Of a stretch of 64,000 nt of DNA, positions 20,513-31,584 are shown one piece after another (the first letter of the stretch is position 1; the number at the start of each line of letters is the position of its first letter). Location: contig CAWCRS010000009.1 in assembly GCA_963798085.1 (NCBI GenBank), positions 1 to 64,000 on the forward strand, given 5' to 3'. The position numbers and the translations under genes were made by a program. The notes under the pieces are model-generated. The model was not told the DNA's origin and made no database searches. It saw nothing but the letters and a program-made list of their open reading frames with translations. Source of the DNA: an uncultured Gemmatimonadales bacterium (GTDB lineage: Bacteria > Gemmatimonadota > Gemmatimonadetes > Longimicrobiales > RSA9).

Positions 20513-23500
20513 GTGTTCCTCTCCGATTTCGCGATTCGCCGGCCCATCGTCACGATCGTCACCATGATCGCGCTGGTATCGTTCGGCCTCTACGCGCTCA
20601 TCCAGCTCGAAGTCGACGAGTACCCCGACATCCAGAACCCGATCGTCGCGGTGTCCATACCGTATCCGGGTGCTTCGCCCAATGTCGTGGAGCGCGAGGT
20701 GGTGGACCGCATCGAAGAGGCCCTCGCCGGAATCAACGGCGTCGACCGCATGCAGTCCGCGTCCGTCGACGGCTTCGCTCAGATCGTGATCCAGTTCGTC
20801 TTCAAGAAGGGCCTGGAACAGGCGTCACAAGAGGTGCGCAATGCGATCTCCACCATCCGCGGCGATCTGCCGCAGGAGATGGAGGAGCCGATCATCACGC
20901 ACTTCGATCCGACGGATGCGCCAATTCTGTCGCTCACACTGTCGTCCACCACGTTGTCCCAGGGACAGCTCACCAACATTGCGGATCCCGGCATCACGCG
21001 GGAGCTGCGCTCCCTCGAGGGCGTCGCGCAGGTAAACGTCATCGGCTCCGCCGAGCGCGAGCTGACTGTCGAACTGCGGCCCGCCGACCTCAGGGCGGCG
21101 GGCGTCAGTGTGTCGCAGGTGGTGCAGGCGATTCAGTCGCAGAATCTGGCTGCGCCTGTCGGTCGCGTGAACGGCGCTCTCGACGAGCGCACCATCCGCC
21201 TCGAGGGTCGCCTCGTGAAACCGGAAGACTTCGAGCGCCTCGTGGTGGCCGACCGCGGCGGCCAGCTGATACGGCTGGGTCAGGTCGCAAACATCCGCGA
21301 TGGCGTGGAAGAACCGCGCACGGCCGCGCTGTTCAACGGCCGGCCCGCCATCGGTATCGACATTCTGAAGACGAAGGGCGCGAGTACCACCACCGTGTCC
21401 GATGAGATCAAGCAGAAGGTCGCGCAGATCCAGCCGCGGCTGCCGGAGAGCGTGAAGCTCGACATTGTGACCGACGCCGGTGTGCGCGTCAGCGCGTCCG
21501 TCACGAATGTCGAGGACATGCTGTTCGAGGGCGCGATCCTGACCGTACTCGTTGTGTTCTTCTTCCTCAATTCATGGCGCTCGACCGTCATCACGGGCCT
21601 GGCGCTGCCGATAGCGTGATCTGCCGCGTTCATTGCCGTGTGGGCATTCGGCTTCACGCTCAACACGATGTCGCTGCTCGGGCTCTCGCTCGCCATCGGC
21701 ATGCTCATCGACGATGCGATCGTCGTGCGCGAAAACATCGTGCGTCACATGGAGATGGGCAAGGACCACTACCGCCGCGCACGAGGGGACCGCCGAGATC
21801 GGACTGGCGGTCACGGCGACGACGTTCTCCATCGTTGCCGTGTTCGTTCCCATCGCGTTCATGCGCGGGATCGCGGGGCAGTGGTTCGAGCCGTTCGCGC
21901 TGACGATCGCGTGCGCGGTGCTCGTGTCGCTCTTCGTGTCGTTCTCGCTCGACCCGATGCTCTCGGCGTACTGGGCGGATCCGCAGATCGAGGAACGGCA
22001 GGCGCAGCAATCCGGTGGCGCGCGCACTCGGGCGCTTCAATGCCGGTTCGATCGCCAGACCGATCGCTACAAGCGCGTGATCGGCGTGGGCGCTCGACCA
22101 CCGCGTCGTCGATGGTGCTGCATCGCGATGTCCGCGACGTTCGTGGGCGCGCTCGCTCCTGCACGGGCGTCTTCGGCGGCTTCGGTTTCGTGCCTACAGC
22201 GATCGCAGCGAGGTTCAATGTGGTCGTCGAAACACCGCCCGGCTCGAACCTCGAGTACACACGCATGCAAAGTCGACGAGATCGCGCGGCTCGCTGCGCG
22301 AGCCCGAGGTGACGTACACGTACCGCACGGTCGGATCCGGCAGCGGTGCGATACTTCGGCGGCGCGCGGTCGACCAGGCCAACGTGCATGTGCGCATGTG
22401 CCGCGCAACCGAGCGGCCCATCGCAGCAGTACGAGTTCGCCGGACAGCTCCGCGACGAGATCACGCGCATCGCCGGCGCCACGGCGTGGGTGTTCTCCAG
22501 CGGCTTCGGCGGCAACAGAAGCAGATGCAGATCGAGCTGCGCGGGCCCGACGCCAACACGCTGCGGCGCTCGCCGAGCAGATGGCCGGCAGCCGTGGCCG
22601 CGGTGCCGGACGCGGTGGACGTCGGCCTTTCGACGTCCGGGCAGAAGCCCGAGCTGAACGTACGTGTCGACCGCGGCATCGCGGGCTCGATCGGGGTTAC
22701 CGTCGGCCAGATCGCGCAGGCGCTGCGTCCTGCGTTCGCAGGCATCGACGCGGGTGACTGGATCGACCCGGACGGCGAGACCCGCGACGTCATGGTCCGC
22801 TTCGCGCCCGAGGCGCGACGGCGCGCCGGGGACATCCGTCGCTGCCCCTCCTGCTCGCCGTGCAGGCGCCGGACGGGCCGGCGACGGTCGTGCCGCTCGG
22901 ACAGGTGGCGCACATCGACGCACGGCTCGGGCCCGGCGCAGATCGACCACCTCGATCGCCAGACGCGTCGTGACCGTGTCGAGCGCCAACGTTCGGGGCC
23001 GGCCGCTCGAGCGACGTGGGCCGCGACGTCAGGCCAGCAGCTGCGACCAGATGCACATGCCGCCCGGCTACAGGGTGGACCAGGGCGGCGAGACCGAGGA
23101 GCAGCAGGAGGTGTTCGGGCAGATCCTCGCGCCGCTCGGCTTCGCGGTCCTCCTCATGTACCTCATCCTGGTGATCCAGTTCGGCTCGTTCCTCGATCCC
23201 GATCGCGATCCTGCGTCGCTGCCGCTGTCGCTGATCGGCGTGGTGCTCGCGCTGCTCGCTGACGGGCACTACACTCAACCTGATGAGCCTGATCGGCGTG
23301 ATCCTGCTGATGGGCATCGTCGCGAAGAACGCGATCCTGCTGATCGACTTCGCGAAATGGGGTCGCGAGGAGGCATGGGTCGCCGCGACGCGCTCATCGA
23401 GGCAGGCCGCATGCGGCTGCGGCCCATCCTGATGACGAGCCTCGCGCTCGTCGCGGGCATGCTGCCGGTCGCGCTCGGGCCTGGGCGAAGGCGCGGACTT

Positions 23501-23687
23501 CCGCGCGCCGCTCGGCCGCGCCGTGATCGGCGGCGTGATCACGTCCACGCTGCTCACGCTGCTCGTGATCCCGACCGTCTACGAGATCCTGGACGAGTGG
23601 AAGGAATGGCTGATGCACCGGGTGCTCGGGCGGAAGCCCGGCGCTGCACACGCCGCGCCCGAACTCGCCCACCAGGGCGGCGACTGA
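20513..23687 (+). CDS. RND efflux permease (AcrB/HAE1-like); many frameshifts after about 21615
   Basis: [74 protein letters not shown]; final frame ends ...HQGGD-TGA at 23687. Confidence 0.9.
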
Positions 23688-23763
23688 CGCGCAACGTGGC
23701 CCCGCCGGCAACAAGCCGACGGGGCCATCACTTTCGCAACGGACGCACACCAGCCGTAGGCCT

Positions 23764-24033
23764 CGGACCGTCTTGGCGTTCTTGGGTTAGGCAGGAACTG
23801 CTATCCAACCGCCTCGGCCGGCGCCGCTGCGGCCCTCTCAGCTCCTGGATGCGCCTTCCGGCCGTCGGGCGGTCAGCGCGAGGCCGACTCAGGGGCGTCG
23901 CGCAGGCCTCACCCTGGCCGGAACCGCTATAGGTCTGCCCGCTGCCCGCAGCTAGACTCGCGAATGCTCCGAAAACCAGGAGACGCGGACCATGGCAAGA
24001 GCGGCCACAACCCAAGAACGCCAAGACGGTCCG
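23764..24033. repeat. Inverted-repeat-bounded element 1 (270 bp)
   Basis: CGGACCGTCTTGGCGTTCTTGGGTT (23764-23788) and its exact reverse complement (24009-24033), between convergent genes. Confidence 0.85.
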
Positions 24034-24036
24034 GAG

Positions 24037-26733
24037 CTACTGCGCCCGCATGACCTCCACCGGATCCACACGCGCCGCCCGCCGCGCCGGCGCCCAACTC
24101 GCGCACACCGCGATACCCATGAGCACCACCGTCGCTGAGACAATCGTGAGCGGATCCGACGGGCTCACGTCGAACAGCAACGCCCGCAACGCTCGCGTCG
24201 ACGCCAGGGTCAGCCCCAGCCCCACCGCCAGCCCGACCACAACAACGCCCAGCGACTGCCGCACGACCATGCCACCCACCGCCGCCGAGCGCGCACCCAG
24301 CGCCATGCGGATGCCGATCTCCACCCGCCGCTGGCCCACAATGTAGGAGATCACGCCGTAGATGCCCACCGCGCTGAGCAGCAGCGCCATCAGTGCGGCG
24401 ATTCCTAACAGCGTCATGATGAACAATGTCCGCCCCAGCGACTGCGCCACAATGTCCTCCATGCTGCGGACATTGGCGAGCGGAATGTCCGGATCCATCT
24501 GTGCCAGCACGCGCCGTACATCGGGTAGCAGAGTCAGCGGCCGCGCCACAGTCGTACGCACCACCAGCGCAACCCCACGAGGGGGACTCCACAGCGGCGC
24601 GCCCGGCATGGGCATCAGCGGATAATACACGATCTCACTGGGCGCCTCGTCCAGACCGTGCGTGCGCACATCCGCAGTCACGCCCGCAACACGGTAGTAC
24701 GGCGGCTCCGGTCCGTTCGGGCGCACGCCGCGGTTGCGTGCATCCGTGTTCGCCCAGAATCGCTTCGCCAGCGGCCCGCTTATCACCACCGCACCCGCAT
24801 GCGCATCATTCTCCTGCCAGGTAGGCGTGTGCCCGTCCACCTTTATGCCCATAACAGTGAAGTAGCCTGGCGAAACCAGCACATTGCCCAGACACGGCGC
24901 CTGCTCACCCGGCTTCACCGGTCGGTCTTCCGCGAACACCAGCGCACAGCCATCGCCGTCGCGAATGGGTACCGCAGTGGTGACCGCCGCCGCCTGCACA
25001 CCCGGCAGCGCCTGCACGCGCGTGAGGAAATCCTCGTAGAACGCGTTGACCTGCTCCCACGTCTTGTAGTGTCCGTAGGGCAGTGACAGATCAATGGCGA
25101 CGACGCCCTTCGGGTCCAGGCCCGGATCCACACTGCGCAGGCGCTGGAAGCTGCGCAGCATGAGACCCGCCGCAGCCAGCAGCGCCAATGCCAGCGCCAC
25201 CTGTCCGCTCACCAGTGCCGCCCGCACCAGATTCTGCCGCCGCAATGCGGACAGCCCTCGCCCGCTCTCCCGCAGCACCAGTCCCGCGTCACGCGCGGCG
25301 CGCAGCAGCGGGAACAGCCCGAACAGCAGGCCGGTGACCACCGCCAGCCCGGCCATCAGCAACACAGTGTTAAGGTGCAGCGACACTTCCTCCAGCCGTG
25401 GCAGCGCATCGGGCGCGGCTCGTGGCAGCAGCCGGATGCCGCCCCACGCCAGGCCCAGTCCCAGCGCCGCGGCCAGCACCGTGACCAGCAGGCTCTCCGC
25501 CATGTAGTGCCACACCAGGTGACTGCGCTCCGCGCCCAGCGCAGAGCGTACGGCCACCTCGCGCCGGTACACTTCGGCTCGCACGAGGAACAGGTTGGCG
25601 ACATTGGCGCACGCGATGAGCAGCACGAGAGCCACCGACGCGAACAGGACCCACAGCGTGTTGGCCGCCTTGCCCAGCACATGGTCGCGCAGCGGCATCA
25701 CGCCTGCCGCGAAATGGTAGTCGCGCACGAACGAGGTCGGGTACACGCTGGGAAAGAGCTCGGTGAAACGTGCGGTCAGCCGCTCCATGTCCTGCCTCGC
25801 CAATGCCAGCGTCTCGCCCGGCTTCAGGCGGGCCACCAGGGACAGATAATGCTCGTTGTGGAAAGGACCGGCGGGGTTCAGACCCAGCGGCCGCCAGATG
25901 TCCGTCTTGCGCTCCGGCAGATCCAGCCCTGCTGGCAGCACGCCCACGACCTCCCAGGGAGAGGTGTCGATGAGGATCGTGCGTCCCACAATTGTCGGAT
26001 CGCCACCGTAGCGACGCATCCAGAACCCGTGTGTCAGCAGCACTACATGCGCCGCGTCCGGCCGGTCGTCATCCGCCGTCAGCAGCCGTCCCAGCGCCGG
26101 TCGCGTTCCCAGCGATGTCGCTAACCCGGCGTTTACCATGGCAATGGCGACCCGCTCCGCCTCGCCGTCGCCCGAGACACTGCCCGCAGTGGTCGCAAAG
26201 ATGCCCACGGACTCGAGCGTGTGGTTGTTGTCGCGGTAATTGAAGAAGCCGGCCGGCGACACACCCCAGGGGCCACGCCCCGCGCCAGAAACCTCCGATT
26301 CCACGTACACCAGGCGCTCCGCCTGCGCGTACGGCAGCGGCCGCAGCACGACCGCATCCAGCAGCGTGTATATGGCGCCCGTCGCCCCCATTCCCAGAGC
26401 CAGCGTGACGATCGCGACCGCGGCGAATCCCGGCGCGCGCAGCAGTGTGCGCATTGCCTGGCGCACTTCGCGGCGTACGCCATCCCACCACTCGCGACGG
26501 CGTCGCTCCCGCATGGTCCGCATGTCGATCTCCTTCGTTTCCCGTACGTAGCGCTCCACATCACCCAGTCGGCGTTGCGCTTCATCCTTCGCCGCACCCG
26601 GCGTCATGCCCTTCGCAATGTAGCCCTCAGTGCGCGCGGCCAAATGGTGCGCGAACTCCTCACGGATCTCTTCGTCCGTGCGCGCGCGCACCAGGCGCCC
26701 CAGTTGCGCGTAACGGTCCGGCTCGCGCTTCAT
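24037..26733 (-). CDS. ABC transporter permease, ADOP-type, intact 898 aa
   Basis: N-terminal prefix (DEEIREEFAHHL...AQRRLGDVE), LALGMGATGAIYTL, LLIACANVANLFLVRA, IYGVISYIVGQRRVEIGIRMALGA, PARRAARVDPVEVMR. Confidence 0.95.
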   Translation of the reverse strand: MKREPDRYAQLGRLVRARTDEEIREEFAHHLAARTEGYIAKGMTPGAAKDEAQRRLGDVERYVRETKEIDMRTMRERRRREWWDGVRREVRQAMRTLLRAPGFAAVAIVTLALGMGATGAIYTLLDAVVLRPLPYAQAERLVYVESEVSGAGRGPWGVSPAGFFNYRDNNHTLESVGIFATTAGSVSGDGEAERVAIAMVNAGLATSLGTRPALGRLLTADDDRPDAAHVVLLTHGFWMRRYGGDPTIVGRTILIDTSPWEVVGVLPAGLDLPERKTDIWRPLGLNPAGPFHNEHYLSLVARLKPGETLALARQDMERLTARFTELFPSVYPTSFVRDYHFAAGVMPLRDHVLGKAANTLWVLFASVALVLLIACANVANLFLVRAEVYRREVAVRSALGAERSHLVWHYMAESLLVTVLAAALGLGLAWGGIRLLPRAAPDALPRLEEVSLHLNTVLLMAGLAVVTGLLFGLFPLLRAARDAGLVLRESGRGLSALRRQNLVRAALVSGQVALALALLAAAGLMLRSFQRLRSVDPGLDPKGVVAIDLSLPYGHYKTWEQVNAFYEDFLTRVQALPGVQAAAVTTAVPIRDGDGCALVFAEDRPVKPGEQAPCLGNVLVSPGYFTVMGIKVDGHTPTWQENDAHAGAVVISGPLAKRFWANTDARNRGVRPNGPEPPYYRVAGVTADVRTHGLDEAPSEIVYYPLMPMPGAPLWSPPRGVALVVRTTVARPLTLLPDVRRVLAQMDPDIPLANVRSMEDIVAQSLGRTLFIMTLLGIAALMALLLSAVGIYGVISYIVGQRRVEIGIRMALGARSAAVGGMVVRQSLGVVVVGLAVGLGLTLASTRALRALLFDVSPSDPLTIVSATVVLMGIAVCASWAPARRAARVDPVEVMRAQ

Positions 26734-26751
26734 GGCTTGCTCGACATTCGA

Positions 26752-27084
26752 TCAGGCGGGAGACGCCATTACCTTCGCCACCGCTTCCACGAAGCGGCCC
26801 CACACCGCCCGCTCCTGGCGCAGCTGCTTGCGACCGTCCGCTGTCAGCGCGTAGTAGCGCGCACGCCGGTTGTTTTCCGAAAACCCCCACTCCGATTCCA
26901 CCCAGCCTCGCCGTTCCATGCAATGCAGCGCAGGATACAACGACCCCTCCTCCACACGCAGCACATCCTCCGTCGTCTCCTCCAGCCACTGCGCGACGCC
27001 GTAGCCATGCTTCGCACCGCTCGCCAGTGCCTTCAGCACCAGCATGTCCAGCGTTCCCTGCAGCAGCTCGATCTGCATCGCCAT
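26752..27084 (-). CDS. PadR family regulator
   Basis: ELLQGTLDMLVLKAL...HGYGVAQWL...VEEGSLYPALH...WGFSENNRRARYYALTADGRKQL; directly upstream of the permease. Confidence 0.95.
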   Translation of the reverse strand: MAMQIELLQGTLDMLVLKALASGAKHGYGVAQWLEETTEDVLRVEEGSLYPALHCMERRGWVESEWGFSENNRRARYYALTADGRKQLRQERAVWGRFVEAVAKVMASPA

Positions 27085-27199
27085 GTTCCTGACCCCCCTT
27101 TCAACGCACGCGCTGTGCGCCGGGGCGACCTCGCGCCCCTCGCGCGCCTGCTCATGCTCACCCCTCGGCGGACCGGACCCACCGCCCGACACGTGCTCA

Positions 27200-27300
27200 A
27201 GGCCGACCACATGCGGCCGAGGCCGACGGCATTCGCGCCCCAGGCCGGCCACATGCGCCCCAGGCCGACGACATTCGCGCCCAAGGCCGGCCCCACATAC
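27200..27300. repeat. Tandem repeat, about 2.4 copies of a 42 bp unit
   Basis: AGGCCG(A/G)CCACATGCG(G/C)CC(G/C)AGGCCGACG(G/A)CATTCGCGCCC units starting at 27200, 27242 and (partial) 27284. Confidence 0.8.
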
Positions 27301-27412
27301 ACGCCGCGCAGTCGCGGCCGTGCCTCGATCACAGACTCGCACTGGCCTCGCGGCTCCACCGGCACATCACCGCTCTGGGCGCGCACGCTCACTGCCCCCA
27401 GCCTCGCGTTCT

Positions 27413-27471
27413 CCCATAGGACATCTATGGGGCAGACAAGGGTTGCCGTTGACCCATAGAATGTCAATGGG
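27413..27471 (-). promoter_or_regulatory. Two palindromic operators (probable PadR boxes) overlapping a TTGACA -35
   Basis: CCCATAG-N5-CTATGGG (27413-27431) and CCCATAG-N5-CAATGGG (27453-27471); minus-strand TTGACA at 27467-27462. Confidence 0.75.
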
Positions 27472-28009
27472 GAAGCCGCGAATGGACGCGGGGCAAGCGC
27501 GCACGGTTGCCGTCTCGAGCAACCATCTTCCGACACCGTGTCGCACAGCGACCGTCTGCCGGCGGATCGCGCAAGAACTCATCACGCAGCATCTAACACA
27601 ACTGCCGAGCGTCCCGCGCGCCGTATCCAGCCGGATCGCGCGGCCAAGAACAGCCGTGCCCATCGGCTCAGCGCAGCCGTGCCGGCTGACTGCCGCAGAT
27701 GCGCGTGACGGGTTCACGCGACGCACCGCCCCTCACTGAGCGACCAGCGGATCGTTTCCACGACAGGCGGAGAAGCGGTCGACGTTACTGCAGCGCCTCG
27801 ACCCGGTCCCAATGACTGTCCGCCGCAGCCGGCACGCGACGTCGTATCCACGCGGTGCCTTCGCGACACGGCGTGCACTGCTCAGCTGCCGGCTCACACC
27901 GCTGGTCAGTTCAGCACGATCGGTGTCGCCATCGTCGCTCACACATGGGGGTCCCGCTGCCAGCATGCACGTGGACATGGTTGAACCACATGTGCACCTG
28001 GGACGATCC

Positions 28010-28151
28010 CGGACCGTATTGGCGTTCTTTCCTTTCGCCACGGGCGCCCATGCCAGCGACCCTGACTACTATCGAGTGACCACATTTCATCGCGTATTCG
28101 GCCACGCTCATGCTTAATGTGGCCGGAAGGAAAGAATGCCATGACGGTCCG
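28010..28151. repeat. Inverted-repeat-bounded element 2 (142 bp)
   Basis: CGGACCGTATTGGCGTTCTTTCCTT (28010-28034) and AAGGAAAGAATGCCATGACGGTCCG (28127-28151); variant of the element 1 ends. Confidence 0.75.
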
Positions 28152-28305
28152 CTAACCTTGGCAGGGTCAACGCGTCGGCAGGGTCAGCAGGTGGGCAAGG
28201 TCAGGAAGTCGCCAGGTCGGCAGGTCGCCAGGGTCGCCCAGCGACAGGGGGCCGGGGCACGGCCGCCGGAGCAATGCGACGCGGCCTCGATGCGATAACG
28301 CGCTG

Positions 28306-29871
28306 TCAGGCCTCGGCTGCGGCGCGCTCTTCAGCCACCAGAATGCGGCGCAGGATCTTGCCCGAGGGCGACTTGGGTATGGCATCGCGGAACTCGACGC
28401 GGCGCACCCGCTTGTAGGGCGCCACGCGCTCCGCGACATACTGCATGAGGTCGTCCGCGCTGATGTCGCGGGAGCGCACGACGAAGGCTTTGGGTACTTC
28501 GCCGGCCTCTTCGTCCGGCACACCGATCACGGCCGCGTCAGCAATAGCGGGATGGCTCAGGAGTATGGCCTCCAGCTCGGCCGGCGCAACCTGATAGCCC
28601 TTGTACTTGATCAGCTCCTTGGCGCGGTCGACAATGGTGAGGTACCCATCCTCATCGCAGCGTCCAATGTCGCCGGTCCGCAGCCAGCCGTTGGCCAGCA
28701 GCATGTTGCGCGTGGCGCCCGGGTTGTTGAAATAACCCTTCATTACCTGCGGTCCGCGCACCCACACCTCGCCCGCCACACCCGGACCCAGCTCTTCCTC
28801 TGTCGCCATGTTGACGATTCTGACTTCGGTGTTGGGAATGGGTGGGCCGACGGTTCCCGGCTTGAGCGGCCGCGGTGGCGCCGGTGCGCAGTGCGTCACC
28901 GGGCTGGTTTCCGTGAGCCCGTAGCCCTGCCGCACCTGACAGCCCAGGCGCTCGGCGCACGCCGCCTGCAGCTCCGGTCCCAGCGGCGCCGCCCCCGACA
29001 TGATCCACTCCAGCTTCGAGAGATCGTACTTCTCGACCAGCGGATGCTTCGTCAGCGCCAGAATGATGGGTGGCACGAGGTTGGCGCGGGTTACGCCGTA
29101 GCGCTGCAAGATGTCGAGAAAGGGCGCCATCTCGAAGCGCGGCATGGTGACGAGAGTGCCACCGGCGCGCAGCACCAGTCCCATCACGACGACCATTCCA
29201 TAGATGTGAAAGAAGGGGAGCACCGCGATCGTGACGTCTCCTGTGGCGGAGCCGTCCACCGCGAGCGTCTGCGCCACATTCGCCACCAGGTTGCGGTGCG
29301 TCAGCATCACGCCCTTGGGCATTCCCGTCGTGCCGCTGGAGTAGGGCATGACCACGACGTCGTTCTGCGGATCGATATCGACGCGGGGCGGTGGGTCCGC
29401 GGAGAAGAGCCGGACGAACGGCGTCGCCTGATCCGCATCCCCGAACGTGTAGATTTCCTCAATGGCGGACGCGCGCGCCGCCGCCTGCGCCTTCTCCACG
29501 AGCGCCGGCACGGTGATCAGGAAGCGTGCGCGCGCGTCGCTCAGCTGACGGCTGACTTCGTCGGCGGTAAACAGCGGGTTAAGGGTGGTTACCACGCCGC
29601 CGGCCCGCGCCACACCCAGGAACGCCACAGCGTACTCCGGCAGGTTGGGACTGTCCATGGCGACCACGTCGCCCTTGCGCAGGCCCCGCTGCGCCAGGCC
29701 GGCCGCCACCCGATCCACAGCATCCGCCAGCTGCCCGTACGTCAGCGTGCGACCCGTCGCTCCCTCGATCAGCGCGGGTTTGCCGCCCAGCCCGTGGGCG
29801 TGCTCCAGCACGAAGTCAGGGTAGCTCTGCTCGGGGATGTCAATGTCGGGAAGCGGACCGCGGAAGATCAC
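28306..29871 (-). CDS. AMP-binding acyl-CoA ligase, 4-coumarate-CoA ligase-like
   Basis: PYSSGTTGMPKGVMLTH, LPFFHIYG, QGYGLTETSP, GWLRTGDIG, VDRAKELIKYKGYQVAPAELE, PKSPSGKILRR. GTG start inferred. Confidence 0.93.
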   Translation of the reverse strand: MIFRGPLPDIDIPEQSYPDFVLEHAHGLGGKPALIEGATGRTLTYGQLADAVDRVAAGLAQRGLRKGDVVAMDSPNLPEYAVAFLGVARAGGVVTTLNPLFTADEVSRQLSDARARFLITVPALVEKAQAAARASAIEEIYTFGDADQATPFVRLFSADPPPRVDIDPQNDVVVMPYSSGTTGMPKGVMLTHRNLVANVAQTLAVDGSATGDVTIAVLPFFHIYGMVVVMGLVLRAGGTLVTMPRFEMAPFLDILQRYGVTRANLVPPIILALTKHPLVEKYDLSKLEWIMSGAAPLGPELQAACAERLGCQVRQGYGLTETSPVTHCAPAPPRPLKPGTVGPPIPNTEVRIVNMATEEELGPGVAGEVWVRGPQVMKGYFNNPGATRNMLLANGWLRTGDIGRCDEDGYLTIVDRAKELIKYKGYQVAPAELEAILLSHPAIADAAVIGVPDEEAGEVPKAFVVRSRDISADDLMQYVAERVAPYKRVRRVEFRDAIPKSPSGKILRRILVAEERAAAEA

Positions 29872-29941
29872 ATGCGCCTCGGGTGCAATGCGCGCGGCGG
29901 GGGCCGGACATCGTCGTCCGGCCCGCACACGCGCGCGTCAC

Positions 29942-31256
29942 TCATTTCGTACCCTGTTCGCCGCCACCGCGGAAGAACGCAGCGAACGCCACAGCGCAGA
30001 GCAGCGTGATAACGGCGGGCACGAGGAACACAACGAAGTAGTTCGTGGTGCCGTTCGTGAATGCATCCTTCAGCTCACCGGCGAACAGGGCCCCGATCAG
30101 CGAGCCGAGTCCGAGCACGGCCACATTGATCAGTGCCTGCGCCGACGAGCGGATGTCGGGCGGCGCCACCATGTCCGTGTAGATGAACGCGACGACGAAG
30201 AAGAACACGTAGCAGAAGCCGTGCAGCGCCAGCGACGCGATCGACACCCACACCATCCACGGCATGGTCTTGTACAGCGGGTAGGTGAAGGCAAAGACGA
30301 AATAGCGGATGGGCCACGCGACGATGCCCACGAGCAGAGTCTTGCGCACGCCCCAGCGCGGCAGCGCCCAGGGCAGCAGGAACGCCATCACAAAGATCTC
30401 TGCCACCTGCGCGATGGTCATCCATGCCGCCACGTTGTCCGGCTGAATGCCCACGGCCACCCCGATCTCGCGCAGGAAGGGCAATGTCAGCACGTAGTAC
30501 ATTTGCAGCTCGGTGGCCACCACGAACGCGATCAGGAAGAAGGCGAGGTAGCTCTTGTTGCGCAGCAGCACGAGGGCCTCGCGGAACGCCAGCGGATCCC
30601 GCGCCTGCTTCGAAGGCGGCGTCGCCGGCAGTGCGAACGAGAACACTCCCAGCACCAGCGAGATCAGCCCCGACAGCATGAAGACGTCGATGAACTTCAC
30701 GTCCGGCCCCAGAAACCCGCGCCACTCCGTTAACGCGAGGTTAGCGGCGATCCAGCCCAGGGTGCCCCACACGCGGATGGCGCCGAACTCGCGCTGCGGA
30801 TCCTTGAGATTCTGCAGTGCCACGGAATTGGTGAGCGCGAGCGTGGGCGCGAACAGCAGCGAATAGAGCAGCAGCAGAATCAGCATCGGCCCCAGCGCGT
30901 GCTGGTAGCTCATGCCAATGAGCAGGCCGCCGCCCACCAGGTGAAACAGCGCCAGCGCCACCTGCGCCGGCATCCAGCGGTCGGCGACCTGTCCGGCCGT
31001 GAACGGCGCCAGCAGGTTCGCCAGCGGCAGCGCACTGTAGATCAGTCCGAGCGCGCGCCCGGAAAAGCCGAGTCGCTGCTCCAGCACCCCCGAGAGATCC
31101 ACCGCCCAGGCACCCCAGAATGGCGTACTGCAGGAACATCATGACGCTGAGGCGAGGCTGCGAGAACGCCAGCCGGAACGAGGCCAGCAGCTCCTGCCCC
31201 AATCCCTGCGACGACTGCTTCGAGGACGTCCTGCGGGCCGACCCGTCGTCAGTCAT
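29942..31256 (-). CDS. MFS transporter, nucleoside:H+ symporter (NupG/XapB)-like; frameshift near 31110
   Basis: RLSVMMFLQYAI, GQVADRW, APTLALTNS, FGAIRVWGTLGWI, AQVAEIF, LHGFCYVFFFV. GGAGG RBS. Confidence 0.88.
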
Positions 31257-31584
31257 TCCGGATCCTCCTGGTCCATCGCGGAAGCCCTGCCCGTCCCTGC
31301 CGAGCGTGTGCCCGTCGGGTGCTTCTCACCGGGGAATCGACGCAATGTGCGCCGCCTCCGCCGCTCGCCACAAGGAGCCGCGACGATGCAGGCGGCGTAC
31401 TCGGAAACCTTTCGAGCATCGCATGGGCCGCTCGCAGCGCCAGACATGATAGCGGACCGCCGCCGATGCCGGTGGTGCCACAGGAACCGACGAGGGTGAA
31501 GCCGAACTTCGCGCACCAGACCCGGGCGGTATCGCGCACTGGCTGCTGCACCGCGCGAACGTCCCGATACTCCCTGACAGCGCA

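Noticed and set aside
27733..28142. Small Cys/His-containing ORFs on both strands
   Set aside because: No RBS or family motif, mutually overlapping, and they cross inverted-repeat element 2.
28306..29871. Secondary-metabolite cluster around the 4CL-like ligase
   Set aside because: No carrier protein, PKS, NRPS or tailoring genes nearby.
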